Below, piece after piece: positions 19,649-28,113 of a stretch of DNA of 64,000 nucleotides. The position numbers and the translations under genes are program-made. Source of the stretch: Roseibacillus sp. (lineage in GTDB: Bacteria > Verrucomicrobiota > Verrucomicrobiia > Verrucomicrobiales > Akkermansiaceae); contig CBDEUM010000031.1 of assembly GCA_965242925.1 (NCBI GenBank), positions 14,513 to 78,512 of the forward strand, given 5' to 3'. The notes beneath the pieces were generated by a model that made no database searches, was not told where the DNA came from, and saw only the letters and a program-made list of their open reading frames with translations. The first letter of the stretch is position 1. Each line of letters starts with the position of its first letter.

Positions 19649-20404
19649 ATGCCGAACCCGTCCCGTCCTTCCGGCTTGGAGCTGCAGGCGCTCTCCTTTT
19701 TATACTCGGTCGGCCCCTCTACTGTGGCCGTCATACTTGAAAACATCCCGGATGGAAAAGACCGCGCCTACACAACCATCCTCTCGGTGATGCAAAGTCT
19801 CGAGCGCAAGGGTCTCGTCAAACCTACCCGTAAAGGTCGATCGTACATCTACAAACCTACCAGAAGTCAAGCAAGTATCGTCTCTCCCCATGTGAAAGAT
19901 TTTCTCTTAAACGCTTTCGGAGGGAGCGTATATCACGCTATTCTCCACCTACTCTCTACCGGTGCTCTGACGCCGGAAGAGAAAACCGCCGTTGAGCGTA
20001 ACCTCAATAAACAAAGAGCCATGGCTGCAAAGAAGAAGACCACAAAGAGAAAAGCCGCTGCCAAGCGGAAACCTGCCCGTAAGGCTGCCAAGCGCAGCCC
20101 TGCCAAGAAAAAAGCTGCTAAGCGCAAGCCCGCCAAGAAGAAGGCTGCTAAGCGCAAGCCCGCCAAGAAGAAGGCTGCTAAGCGCAAGCCCGCCAAGAAG
20201 AAGGCTGCTAAGCGCAAGCCCGCCAAGAAGAAGGCTGCTAAGCGCAAGCCCGCCAAGAAGAAGGCTGCTAAGCGCAAGCCCGCCAAGAAGAAGGCTGCTA
20301 AGCGCAAGCCCGCCAAGAAGAAGGCTGCTAAGCGCAAGCCTGCCAAGAAGAAGGCTGCTAAGCGCAAGCCTGCCAAGCGCAAGGCTGCGAGAAAACGCCG
20401 CTAA
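19649..20404 (+). CDS. BlaI/MecI/CopY family regulator continued in frame by a histone-H1-like Lys/Ala/Pro-rich tail
   Basis: LELQAL..L, AYTTILSVMQSLERKGLV, GRSYIY.P, FGGS; then (PAKKKAAKRK)n. Confidence 0.8.
   Translation: MPNPSRPSGLELQALSFLYSVGPSTVAVILENIPDGKDRAYTTILSVMQSLERKGLVKPTRKGRSYIYKPTRSQASIVSPHVKDFLLNAFGGSVYHAILHLLSTGALTPEEKTAVERNLNKQRAMAAKKKTTKRKAAAKRKPARKAAKRSPAKKKAAKRKPAKKKAAKRKPAKKKAAKRKPAKKKAAKRKPAKKKAAKRKPAKKKAAKRKPAKKKAAKRKPAKKKAAKRKPAKKKAAKRKPAKRKAARKRR
20101..20400 (+). repeat. 30-bp coding tandem repeat, 9 units plus one degenerate unit (7 identical)
   Basis: CGCCAAGAAGAAGGCTGCTAAGCGCAAGCC repeated exactly over 20131-20340; variant units flank it. Confidence 0.97.
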
Positions 20405-20432
20405 CGTCGCGAGACGAACACTGATTTTGTGC

Positions 20433-20465
20433 AAGAGGGACGCTTAACGGCGTCCCTCTTTTTTT
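20433..20465 (+). terminator. Rho-independent terminator
   Basis: AAGAGGGACGC-ttaacg-GCGTCCCTCTT followed by a T-run. Confidence 0.9.
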
Positions 20466-20638
20466 GTGCCACAGTCAAAAGCATGCCATCAGAAGGTCCC
20501 GGTCAGCCGTCAGGAGCCAGCATTCTGGCATCCATCCTCCCGGGGAAGGATTCATCCGTATAGTTTTTCCGCTGCTACTCCAGCAAATCTTCCTTGCACC
20601 TTGGCAACGCTCCGGCCATCTTGCCCCCGTCATCCGAG

Positions 20639-20713
20639 GCGCGATTAGCTCAGTGGTAGAGCGCTAGCTCGACACGCTAGATGTCGCTGGTTCAAATCCA
20701 GCATCGCGCACCA
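20639..20713 (+). tRNA. tRNA-Val(GAC)
   Basis: Acceptor GCGCGAT/ATCGCGC, D-arm TAGCTCAGTGGTAGAGC, anticodon stem CTAGC-TCGACAC-GCTAG, GGTTCAAATCC T-arm, encoded CCA. Confidence 0.93.
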
Positions 20714-20773
20714 TTCTTCGCCTTGCAAAAATAGTGGCCTGAAGAATGAAACCCTCACCCCTCGGCGAGAGCA

Positions 20774-21628
20774 ATGTCAGCGATGCATGTTGAGAACGAG
20801 CTTCCTCACCTGGTCAAGCTCCTCGACGATGACGAACCAGCCGTGCGCCAGATCCTCTCCGAGCGCTTCGCCACCTGCCGGGGAGATGTGAGCGCGGAGC
20901 TTGCCCGATTGGGAATAACTCTTGCGAACGGTGACCGAAGCCGGTTGAGCGAACTGCTTGCTCCCGGGCGGCGTCGCCAGATTCGGAACCAGTGGGTCAT
21001 CCCCCAGCAGGGTTTCAACGAAAGCAACGGGGACTGGGAAAGCTTTGAGCTCCTCCTGCGCCTTCTCAGCGAATTGCTTCACGATGGAACCTCCCTGCGG
21101 CCCACCCTGCCGGACGCTCTCGACCAGATTACGGATGAGGCCATTCTACACGATGCTCATCGGGAAGAACGATCTCTCTGCCGCTTCCTATTTGGGTCCG
21201 GACGCTTCCAGGGCAACAAGACGGACTCCTACCACCCGGGTAATGCTGATCTGCTCTGGATCATCATGAACCGCAAGGGCAACCCCATCGGCCTGACCGT
21301 TCTCGCCATGCTGGTCGCTCACCGGCTTGGCCTCTGCATTGGCGGCTGCAATTTCCCTGCACACTTTCTGGCCTGGATCTCAGTGGACGGACACTCGCAT
21401 CTAGTCGATTGCTTCGGAGCCGGACGCCTCATTCCGGTGGCCGAGATCCGCACTAATTCGGCTGTCCTTACTCCCGACTCCCAACGTTCCATCCAGGGCC
21501 CCTGCACCATGCGTGACATTCTTCTCCGCATCCTTCGTAACCTTCATCTTGCCTTTACCCGGAATGACCGCAGCAACGATGTTTGTCTCATCGACGAGCT
21601 CCTTCTCTCCCTGCAACCTGACCAATGA
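20774..21628 (+). CDS. SirB1/transglutaminase-like (Transglut_core2) family protein
   Basis: KLLDDD, FQGN..Y, RKGNPIGL, GCNFPAHFL, ILLRILRNL. Confidence 0.8.
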   Translation: MSAMHVENELPHLVKLLDDDEPAVRQILSERFATCRGDVSAELARLGITLANGDRSRLSELLAPGRRRQIRNQWVIPQQGFNESNGDWESFELLLRLLSELLHDGTSLRPTLPDALDQITDEAILHDAHREERSLCRFLFGSGRFQGNKTDSYHPGNADLLWIIMNRKGNPIGLTVLAMLVAHRLGLCIGGCNFPAHFLAWISVDGHSHLVDCFGAGRLIPVAEIRTNSAVLTPDSQRSIQGPCTMRDILLRILRNLHLAFTRNDRSNDVCLIDELLLSLQPDQ

Positions 21629-22479
21629 ATTGCAGCCAGGAAAACATCGAGTTGGACGGCTACTGTCTGCGGCGGTACGTTTTCCATCCCGATGCGGGAG
21701 TAGCTGTCCGCGGTGCGGCCTTTCACTTTCACGGCCAGGGTGACTTTTCCGAGCGCTATGGGGAAATCCTCAGGCCCTTCCTGCAGAACGGAATCGCCTG
21801 CGTGGCTACCGACCTGCCCGGACATGGCTACTCCACGGGCGTGCGGGGACGTGTGCCCGGCTTTGAGATCGTCGATCGCATCGCGGGTTCCAATCGCAAA
21901 CGCTGTCGGGAACTATGTAGTGATTATCAGGGGCCTCTCGGAATCCTAGGCCACTCCGCAGGCGGTCTCATGGCTCTCCGAGAAATGATACAGAATCCGG
22001 ACCTCTACGCGTTTTCCTGGATCAGTTCTCCACTCCTGTATCCGGAGGCAACCCAAAATCCTCTCCTTGCCCGCTTCGCCCGGCTGGGGGCCCGTCTCCT
22101 TCCCGGGCTCACGGTGTCCACAGGCGTCACCCAGGACAAGTGCAGCAGACAACCGGACCCCTGGAGGGAGAACGGAGAGTCCCGTCTCATTCACGCACGG
22201 GTATCCATCGGTTGGGGATACGCCATGATTGCAGCTGCCCGACGGATCCGGGAGGAGCTGAAAAACGCTCCCCTGCAGCTCCCCCTCCTGATCACCCAGG
22301 GCCTCTGCGATCCCGTGTGCCCCCCGGAGTATCTGCATGCCCTGCTGGAGGAGGCTCCCCTCCCGCACCTCACGCTTCACGAATTCCCCGAGGCCCTTCA
22401 TGAGCCCTTCGTCGATGAAACCAGGGAGGAGCTCTTCCACCAGATCACAAGCTGGCTCGCAAACGAGTCCATCGTGTAA
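21625..22479 (+). CDS. Alpha/beta hydrolase (lysophospholipase-like)
   Basis: HGQGD, DLPGHG.S.G, GHSAGG nucleophile elbow, QG..DPV, HEPF. Confidence 0.88.
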   Translation: MNCSQENIELDGYCLRRYVFHPDAGVAVRGAAFHFHGQGDFSERYGEILRPFLQNGIACVATDLPGHGYSTGVRGRVPGFEIVDRIAGSNRKRCRELCSDYQGPLGILGHSAGGLMALREMIQNPDLYAFSWISSPLLYPEATQNPLLARFARLGARLLPGLTVSTGVTQDKCSRQPDPWRENGESRLIHARVSIGWGYAMIAAARRIREELKNAPLQLPLLITQGLCDPVCPPEYLHALLEEAPLPHLTLHEFPEALHEPFVDETREELFHQITSWLANESIV

Positions 22480-22491
22480 GCGCCGACGACC

Positions 22492-23565
22492 CTACGCCTC
22501 GCCCTGCGGGTAGGCCTCGTGGTACTTGATTGCCTCCACCCCAACCGCCAGGGCTGTCCCGTAGATCCCCTCCACGTCCATGGTCCGGGACACCTGGGCC
22601 GCAGGCCGCGTCAATCCGAGAATAAACTGACCATAGGATCGGGCTCCCCCCACATGAGTAAGCAGCTTCAGGGCGATGTTAGCGGCATCAAGGTTCGGGA
22701 AGACCAGGACATCGGCCGCCTGCTTGAACTCCGCGTTCGGTAACTTGATCTCTGACGCAAGAGGATCGAGCGCCGCATCCGCCTGCAGCTCACCGTCGAT
22801 ATCAACTTCGTCGGGGTTCACCCGCTGACGGGCGATTTCAGTGGCCGCCTGAACTTCACGCCCCGAGGACGTGGAAGCGGAACCCTTGGTCGAATGGCTG
22901 AGGAGCGCCACCCGCGAACGCCGTCCAAGATAAACGCGTGCCAGTTGTCCGGTCTCCATCGCGATTGCTGCCAGCTGTTCACTGGAGAGGTCCTCATTGA
23001 GTCCGCAATCGGCGAGAAAGAGAACCCCCTCGCGACCGAAGTGTGCGAGGTGGGGCGCAAAAAGGATGGCTACCGAAAACACCCGGGGCACCGTGGGGAC
23101 AGGTTTCACAAGGTGCAGGAGCGAACGAAAGATCGAAGCCGGAAAGCTGATGTTGCCTCCCACCAGCCCATCCGCCTGGCCGTACTGGATCATCATGGCC
23201 CCGAAGTAGGCCGGCTGGCGGATAATCTCGGCCGCATTGGTAATCTCGATACCGCGAATATGCTCGGTCCGCTGAAGGAACTCGCAGAAAATCTCGAAAT
23301 CGCCGGCCTTCTCCGGTTCCAGCACCTTTATGAAATCCAGCCCAATCCCGTGGTCCTCAGCCAGGGAAAGGATCTTCGCCTTGTCGCCAAGCAAAATGGG
23401 AATCCCGACCTCCTCCTTCACCATCTGGGCCGCCACCCGCAAAACACGCTCATCCTCACCATCGGTGAATACCACCCGTTTGGGGTGCCTCTGGAGCTTC
23501 GCAATGAGGGATTCGGTGAAGGGGTTGACCTTCGGAAACTGTGCTTGGTCGCTGGACTCTGACAT
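22492..23565 (-). CDS. Phosphate acetyl/butyryltransferase (PTA_PTB) family protein, divergent
   Basis: KRVVF.DGED.R, ADCG, ALLSHSTKGS, IDGELQADAA, VLVFPNLDAAN. Confidence 0.85.
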   Translation of the reverse strand: MSESSDQAQFPKVNPFTESLIAKLQRHPKRVVFTDGEDERVLRVAAQMVKEEVGIPILLGDKAKILSLAEDHGIGLDFIKVLEPEKAGDFEIFCEFLQRTEHIRGIEITNAAEIIRQPAYFGAMMIQYGQADGLVGGNISFPASIFRSLLHLVKPVPTVPRVFSVAILFAPHLAHFGREGVLFLADCGLNEDLSSEQLAAIAMETGQLARVYLGRRSRVALLSHSTKGSASTSSGREVQAATEIARQRVNPDEVDIDGELQADAALDPLASEIKLPNAEFKQAADVLVFPNLDAANIALKLLTHVGGARSYGQFILGLTRPAAQVSRTMDVEGIYGTALAVGVEAIKYHEAYPQGEA

Positions 23566-23652
23566 GGGCCTGCACTTGCGCCAGGCGTAGAACCTAGTAT
23601 TCCTCTCCCCACGCGACAACGCCAAAGGCACTCTTGGCACAAAAGATTTCGC

Positions 23653-24456
23653 ATGCCGGCCGACTATCACACCCATACTCCCCTCTGCCACCATGCCAGG
23701 GGGACACCACAGGACTACATTGAGGCAGCCCTCGGAGCCGGCCTCACCGAATATGGCGTGTCCTGCCACGCACCCCTTAGACCGGAGCCCTTTGACGATT
23801 GGCACATGCTCACCAGCGATTTGCCCACCTACTTCGAATGGGTTGAAAATGCCCGCACGCACGCCGCCGGTCGAATCCCGGTCCGGCTTGGGCTCGAATG
23901 CGAATGGCTCCCCGGATGCGAGCGCTGGATCGAGGACCTCGCTTCGCGTGCCGATTGGGATTACCTCATCGGTTCGATCCACTACCTCAGCGACTGGGAC
24001 TTTGATAACCCCAAGTGGTTGGGGCGGTGGGCGGAGGCAGACGTGGAGGAAACCTGGAGCCGTTACTGGGAAGAGTACGCCAGGATGGCACGGAGCGAAC
24101 TCTTCGATTTTCTCGGCCACCCCGACCTGATCAAGAAGTTCGCCTATCGCCCGGATGGTGATTTGAAGCGCTTTTACGAACCAGCCGTGGAAGCCATCGC
24201 GGAATCCGGTTGCGCCATCGAACTGAGCACCGCGGGCTGGCACAAACCCTGTCAGGAACAGTACCCGGCCCGGGGCTTCCTCGCTCTGGCCTGCACGGCC
24301 GGAATTCCCCTGCTCATCAATTCCGATGCACACGCGCCCGAAGAGGTCGCCCGCGACTTCGACCGGGCCACTGCGCTCGCTCTTGAGGTCGGCTACAGGG
24401 AAACGCTCCTTTTTGAGAAACGCAGGGCGAGTCAAGTCAGCCTGGGAGAAGAGTAG
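23653..24456 (+). CDS. Histidinol-phosphatase, HisJ/PHP family
   Basis: DYHTHT.LC.HA, GLE, DYLIGSIH, GHPDLIKK, NSDAH. Confidence 0.9.
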   Translation: MPADYHTHTPLCHHARGTPQDYIEAALGAGLTEYGVSCHAPLRPEPFDDWHMLTSDLPTYFEWVENARTHAAGRIPVRLGLECEWLPGCERWIEDLASRADWDYLIGSIHYLSDWDFDNPKWLGRWAEADVEETWSRYWEEYARMARSELFDFLGHPDLIKKFAYRPDGDLKRFYEPAVEAIAESGCAIELSTAGWHKPCQEQYPARGFLALACTAGIPLLINSDAHAPEEVARDFDRATALALEVGYRETLLFEKRRASQVSLGEE

Positions 24457-24466
24457 AGATCGCCCG

Positions 24467-24865
24467 CTAGGGACCGAGAAAGTCCAACTCCATCAACAGC
24501 CAGGGCATCGACATTACCGCCAGGGACAGAATGAGGCCCACGCCAAAGATAACGTAACGGATCCGCCGGGCACTGAGCGGAAATCCGAGAGCCGTGATGA
24601 CAACCTCGGTGTAGAGGCCCAGGCAGAAGCAGAGGTTCGCACAAAGGCCGAACACGAAAGCCCGGATTACAAGCTCGGCGGGATGCATGATGGGGAACCC
24701 CATCCCCGGGGGTCTCCCTACCATCGCCACCTGCTGCAGATGAATGATGCGCCAGATCAGGGCGATCCCGGGCAGAAGCAGGATCACATTGTAGAGAAGC
24801 CGCAGTTTCTCTCACGATTTTACCGTCGCGCGGCAGAATTCAATCTCCGGTGTGAGCAGTTTCAT
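24467..24865 (-). CDS. Small membrane protein with an in-frame TGA at codon 18 (24812-24814); error, nonsense allele or later start
   Basis: ATG at 24865 overlaps the upstream stop (ATGA) and is in frame with the 106-aa hydrophobic ORF 24467-24787: MKLLTPEIEFCRATVKS*EKLRLLYNVILL. Confidence 0.6.
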
Positions 24866-26217
24866 CCCAGACAGCGCGATTTCAGGTAACCAAAGACACC
24901 CTCCGCCGAGGTCACCGCACCCCCCCCCGGACCAACGAGGACCGGTTGCTCATTCTCCGGAACCTCGTCCCGGCCGTGCGAACCCCTGACCAAAGATGCA
25001 TCCAGCGGAATGACTCGAAGCAGGGCCCGGAGACCAAGCTTCTTCCTGAGCAGGAAGGCTGCCACCTGGAGTCGAGGAAGGCTGAGGGCTGGATCGAGGT
25101 GGAGTTCAGCCGGATCATATCCGGGCTTGCGATGGATATCGACGGTGCGGGCAAAGTCGGGCGCCAATCCATCGTCCATCCAGTAGTAGTAGGTGAACCA
25201 GGCCCCCGGGGCTGACACCGCGACGAAATCCCCACTGCGCTGACCGCCAATTCCCTCTCCGAACCAATTTTCCCGGACCTCGGCCACCCCCTCTGTCGAC
25301 TCCACTACGTCCCGCACTTCCTTCCGGATCGACTCGTCCCGCACATAGACATGGGCAATCTGGTGATCGGCTACTGCGAAGGCTCGAGAGGCTCCTGCAT
25401 CCAGCAATTCAAGACCAAGCTCATTCTTGATCCGGATCCAGCCCTTCTCCCGGAAGATCCGGTTGAGATGCACGGGTTGCCGGACCTTTGAAATGCCGTA
25501 TTCCGAGAGAAGGACAACCTCCACTCCTCGCTTCAGGAAAAACGAAATCAGCTCGTCGACGAGCCTGTCAATCGCCTCATACTCGGCCTCCATCTCCGGC
25601 GCACCAGGGCCCCACCGCTGCAAGCCATAATCGAGATGCGGAAGATAGACCAGATTGAGGTCCGGTTCCTCCTGTTCCTCGACCCAGCGCGCGGAATCGG
25701 CAATCCACTGGGAACTGGGAAGTCCGGCCTGGGGCCCCCAGAAACTCGGAAAAGGAAACTCCCCCAAGTGCCCTGTCAACTCATCCCGCAGGCCAGGAGG
25801 ATGGGCATAGACATCAAAAAACTTGCGCCCGTCAGCGGGATACATCGGGCGCGGGGTGACGGACCAATCCGCGCTGGAATACATGTTGTACCACCAGAAC
25901 ATCTTTGCGCAGCGGAACCCCTCGCGCTCCCGTCGCACGGCCTCCCAGAGCTTCTCTCCGTGCACGAGACGATTGCTCTGCTTCCAGAAACGTATCTCCG
26001 CATCTTCCCTCTCATACCAGCCGTTCCCCACGATTCCGTGCTCCGCGGGAGAGCGCCCGGTGAGGTAGGTCGCCTGAGCGGTGGTAGTGACGGCGGGAAA
26101 GACAGGAGCGAAACTGGCCACCTCACGATCGGCCGCGAACTTCTGCATGCGCAGCATCTTGTCCGCCAGCAGCCCCCTCGTAAGGCCCACCACATTAAGC
26201 ACGGCAAGACGTTTCAT
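24862..26217 (-). CDS. Alkaline phosphatase/nucleotide pyrophosphatase family protein, EboF-like
   Basis: VLNVVGLT, PAVT, HGIVGNGW, FWKQSN, FWWYNM, YLPHLDY, LSEYG, AVADHQIAH, VDIHRKPGYDP, GSHG. Confidence 0.85.
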   Translation of the reverse strand: MKRLAVLNVVGLTRGLLADKMLRMQKFAADREVASFAPVFPAVTTTAQATYLTGRSPAEHGIVGNGWYEREDAEIRFWKQSNRLVHGEKLWEAVRREREGFRCAKMFWWYNMYSSADWSVTPRPMYPADGRKFFDVYAHPPGLRDELTGHLGEFPFPSFWGPQAGLPSSQWIADSARWVEEQEEPDLNLVYLPHLDYGLQRWGPGAPEMEAEYEAIDRLVDELISFFLKRGVEVVLLSEYGISKVRQPVHLNRIFREKGWIRIKNELGLELLDAGASRAFAVADHQIAHVYVRDESIRKEVRDVVESTEGVAEVRENWFGEGIGGQRSGDFVAVSAPGAWFTYYYWMDDGLAPDFARTVDIHRKPGYDPAELHLDPALSLPRLQVAAFLLRKKLGLRALLRVIPLDASLVRGSHGRDEVPENEQPVLVGPGGGAVTSAEGVFGYLKSRCLG

Positions 26218-26243
26218 CAAAACCCCCGAAGGTTAAGCCTTCC

Positions 26244-27404
26244 CTAATTAGGGACCGCCACAAGGGCAGCTTCCTTCAGCTCCTCCATGCAGGCTTCGTG
26301 CTTCTCCTCATCGATCGAGTGCCGGTCCACACCCTGGCCCACCGCCTCCAGCATCAGGACGGTGAGTTCGCCCCCGAGGTGCTCCCGGAACTCCTCCAGC
26401 CCGCCATAAACCAGTCGCCTCCCCTGCTCATCCCTGATCTCCAGCGACTCGTGCCAGATCGGAAGCTGCATACTCTGTAGCAACCTTACCACCCGCCATG
26501 CACCCTCCTCCGGAAGCCAGCCGCAGCGTGCCGAGTAGAGCGTGTCAAGCGCCACCCCCACCGAGACCGCATCGGCGTGACTCATCTCGAAGTTGGTCAA
26601 CTGTTCCATCTTGTGTGCGGTCCAGTGCCCGAAGTCGAGCGGACGGCTGCTGCCGGTTTCAAACGGATCACCACCCAGCGCGATATGCCTGGCGTGCAGG
26701 ATGGCGGAACGCTCCACTGCCTCTTCGAGGACCGGAGGATCCAGGGCGTTGAGCGCACCGACATTTTCTTCCAGCCAGTCAAAGAAGGATTCGTCCTTCA
26801 CCAGAGCCACCTTGATCGCCTCAGCCAGTCCGCTGCGGTTGTTGTGCTCATCCTGAGTGTAGAGAAACTGGAAGTCATTCACCACTGCGTAGGGAACCGC
26901 AAAGGTCCCGATAAAGTTCTTCTTCCCGAAGGCGTTGATCCCGTTCTTGACCCCAACCCCGCTGTCATCCTGCGCCAGAGTGGTGGTGGGAAAGCGAACG
27001 AGACGCACGCCCCGGTGCGCAGTGGCAGCCGACAGGCCAATCACATCGAGAAAGGCCCCGCCACCGATGCAGAAAACATACGAATGTCGGTCAATCCTGT
27101 TCCGTTCAATGGGAACAATCCCGTTCATGATCTGGGTCTTCCTGATCTTGCAATCCTCACCACCAGCCATGATCACGATCTCCGTGAGGACCAGGTTATT
27201 CTGCTCTGCCAGATAAGATCGGATCTGCTCCTGCAGATCGGGAAAGAGCCGGTCAATCGCGGTCTCGATGAAGACAATGACCCTGCGCTCACGCTCTGTT
27301 TCCAACAGATCGCCCACCACCTGGTTCCCCGGGGCAAAGGCATCCTTGGTAAAGCGGATGCGATGCCGGAAGGTTACCGGGATATCAAAGTCATAGTCGC
27401 CCAT
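26244..27404 (-). CDS. 3-dehydroquinate synthase-like sugar phosphate cyclase, EboD-like
   Basis: IDRHSY, GGGA.LD, PTTTLAQDDSGVGVKN, GDPFE.GSSRPLDFGHW.AH, GLEEFREHLGG. Confidence 0.85.
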   Translation of the reverse strand: MGDYDFDIPVTFRHRIRFTKDAFAPGNQVVGDLLETERERRVIVFIETAIDRLFPDLQEQIRSYLAEQNNLVLTEIVIMAGGEDCKIRKTQIMNGIVPIERNRIDRHSYVFCIGGGAFLDVIGLSAATAHRGVRLVRFPTTTLAQDDSGVGVKNGINAFGKKNFIGTFAVPYAVVNDFQFLYTQDEHNNRSGLAEAIKVALVKDESFFDWLEENVGALNALDPPVLEEAVERSAILHARHIALGGDPFETGSSRPLDFGHWTAHKMEQLTNFEMSHADAVSVGVALDTLYSARCGWLPEEGAWRVVRLLQSMQLPIWHESLEIRDEQGRRLVYGGLEEFREHLGGELTVLMLEAVGQGVDRHSIDEEKHEACMEELKEAALVAVPN

Positions 27405-27550
27405 GAGTCGCTCTTGGTAACGCAGACTACGGAAATTGGCCACCGTTTCTTGTTGCTGTTTGGAAACCAGGAAGAGGCTGGGCCATTATCGCGCACAAGG
27501 CACACGAAAATCGGCTTTGTCGGGGATCCAACCATTGTTAGACAGGAGGC

Positions 27551-28087
27551 ATGGGATCAACCAAAACCATTGCTGAAGGACGGCATCTGGGGCTCTACGA
27601 GCGCGATGACTGGGAATTCGCCGAACGACCCAACGCCGAGGGAGTGGTCGGGATCCTGGCCCTCACCTCTCAGGACGAGGTGATCCTGGTGGAACAGTTC
27701 CGGCGCCCCATGAACGCTCCGGTGATTGAGATCCCGGCCGGTTTGATCGGTGACGAGGACGACCATCGAGGTGAGTCCCTGGCCGAAACCGCCCACCGTG
27801 AACTCCTGGAGGAAACGGGCTATCAGGCAGAAACGATGAAACTCCTGCTCTCCGGGCCAACCTCCGCGGGAATGACCTCGGAAACAACCCACCTCTTCCT
27901 TGCAACCGGTCTGCAACAAATCTCCGGGGGAGGAGGAGTCGGGGACGAAAACATCCGTGTGCACCGTATCCCGCTCGGCCATCTGCGCACCTGGCTGAAC
28001 GAGCAGGAAGCCAAGGGACTCCTGCTCGACTTCAAGATCCATGCAGTCCTCTGGCTCGCGGGCTGCCACGATCACGGCTTGCAATAA
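27551..28087 (+). CDS. NUDIX hydrolase (ADP-ribose pyrophosphatase-like)
   Basis: LVEQFR.P, EIPAG...A.RELLEETGY Nudix box. Confidence 0.9.
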   Translation: MGSTKTIAEGRHLGLYERDDWEFAERPNAEGVVGILALTSQDEVILVEQFRRPMNAPVIEIPAGLIGDEDDHRGESLAETAHRELLEETGYQAETMKLLLSGPTSAGMTSETTHLFLATGLQQISGGGGVGDENIRVHRIPLGHLRTWLNEQEAKGLLLDFKIHAVLWLAGCHDHGLQ

Positions 28088-28113
28088 AGTTCTCCCCGGG
28101 TCCTAGTAAGACC

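Noticed and set aside
20101..20400. Possible CRISPR array
   Set aside because: Repeats are head-to-tail with no spacers, in frame within a CDS, and no cas genes are present.
19933..20447. Repetitive alternative-frame ORFs (LAAFFLAGLR, LLLGGLALSS, SPPRRRLLSA)
   Set aside because: By-products of the 30-bp coding repeat; the Lys/Ala frame matches known histone-like proteins and precedes the terminator.
20714..21000. Genomic island integrated at tRNA-Val
   Set aside because: No integrase and no duplicate of the tRNA 3' end seen in the window.
23634..23652. TTGGCAC upstream of the HisJ-family gene as a sigma-54 promoter
   Set aside because: No GC at the required -12 spacing.
23566..24435. 647-aa extended Pta ORF suggesting a fusion
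   Set aside because: The extension is the antisense of the HisJ-family gene; the plausible start is ATG 23565.
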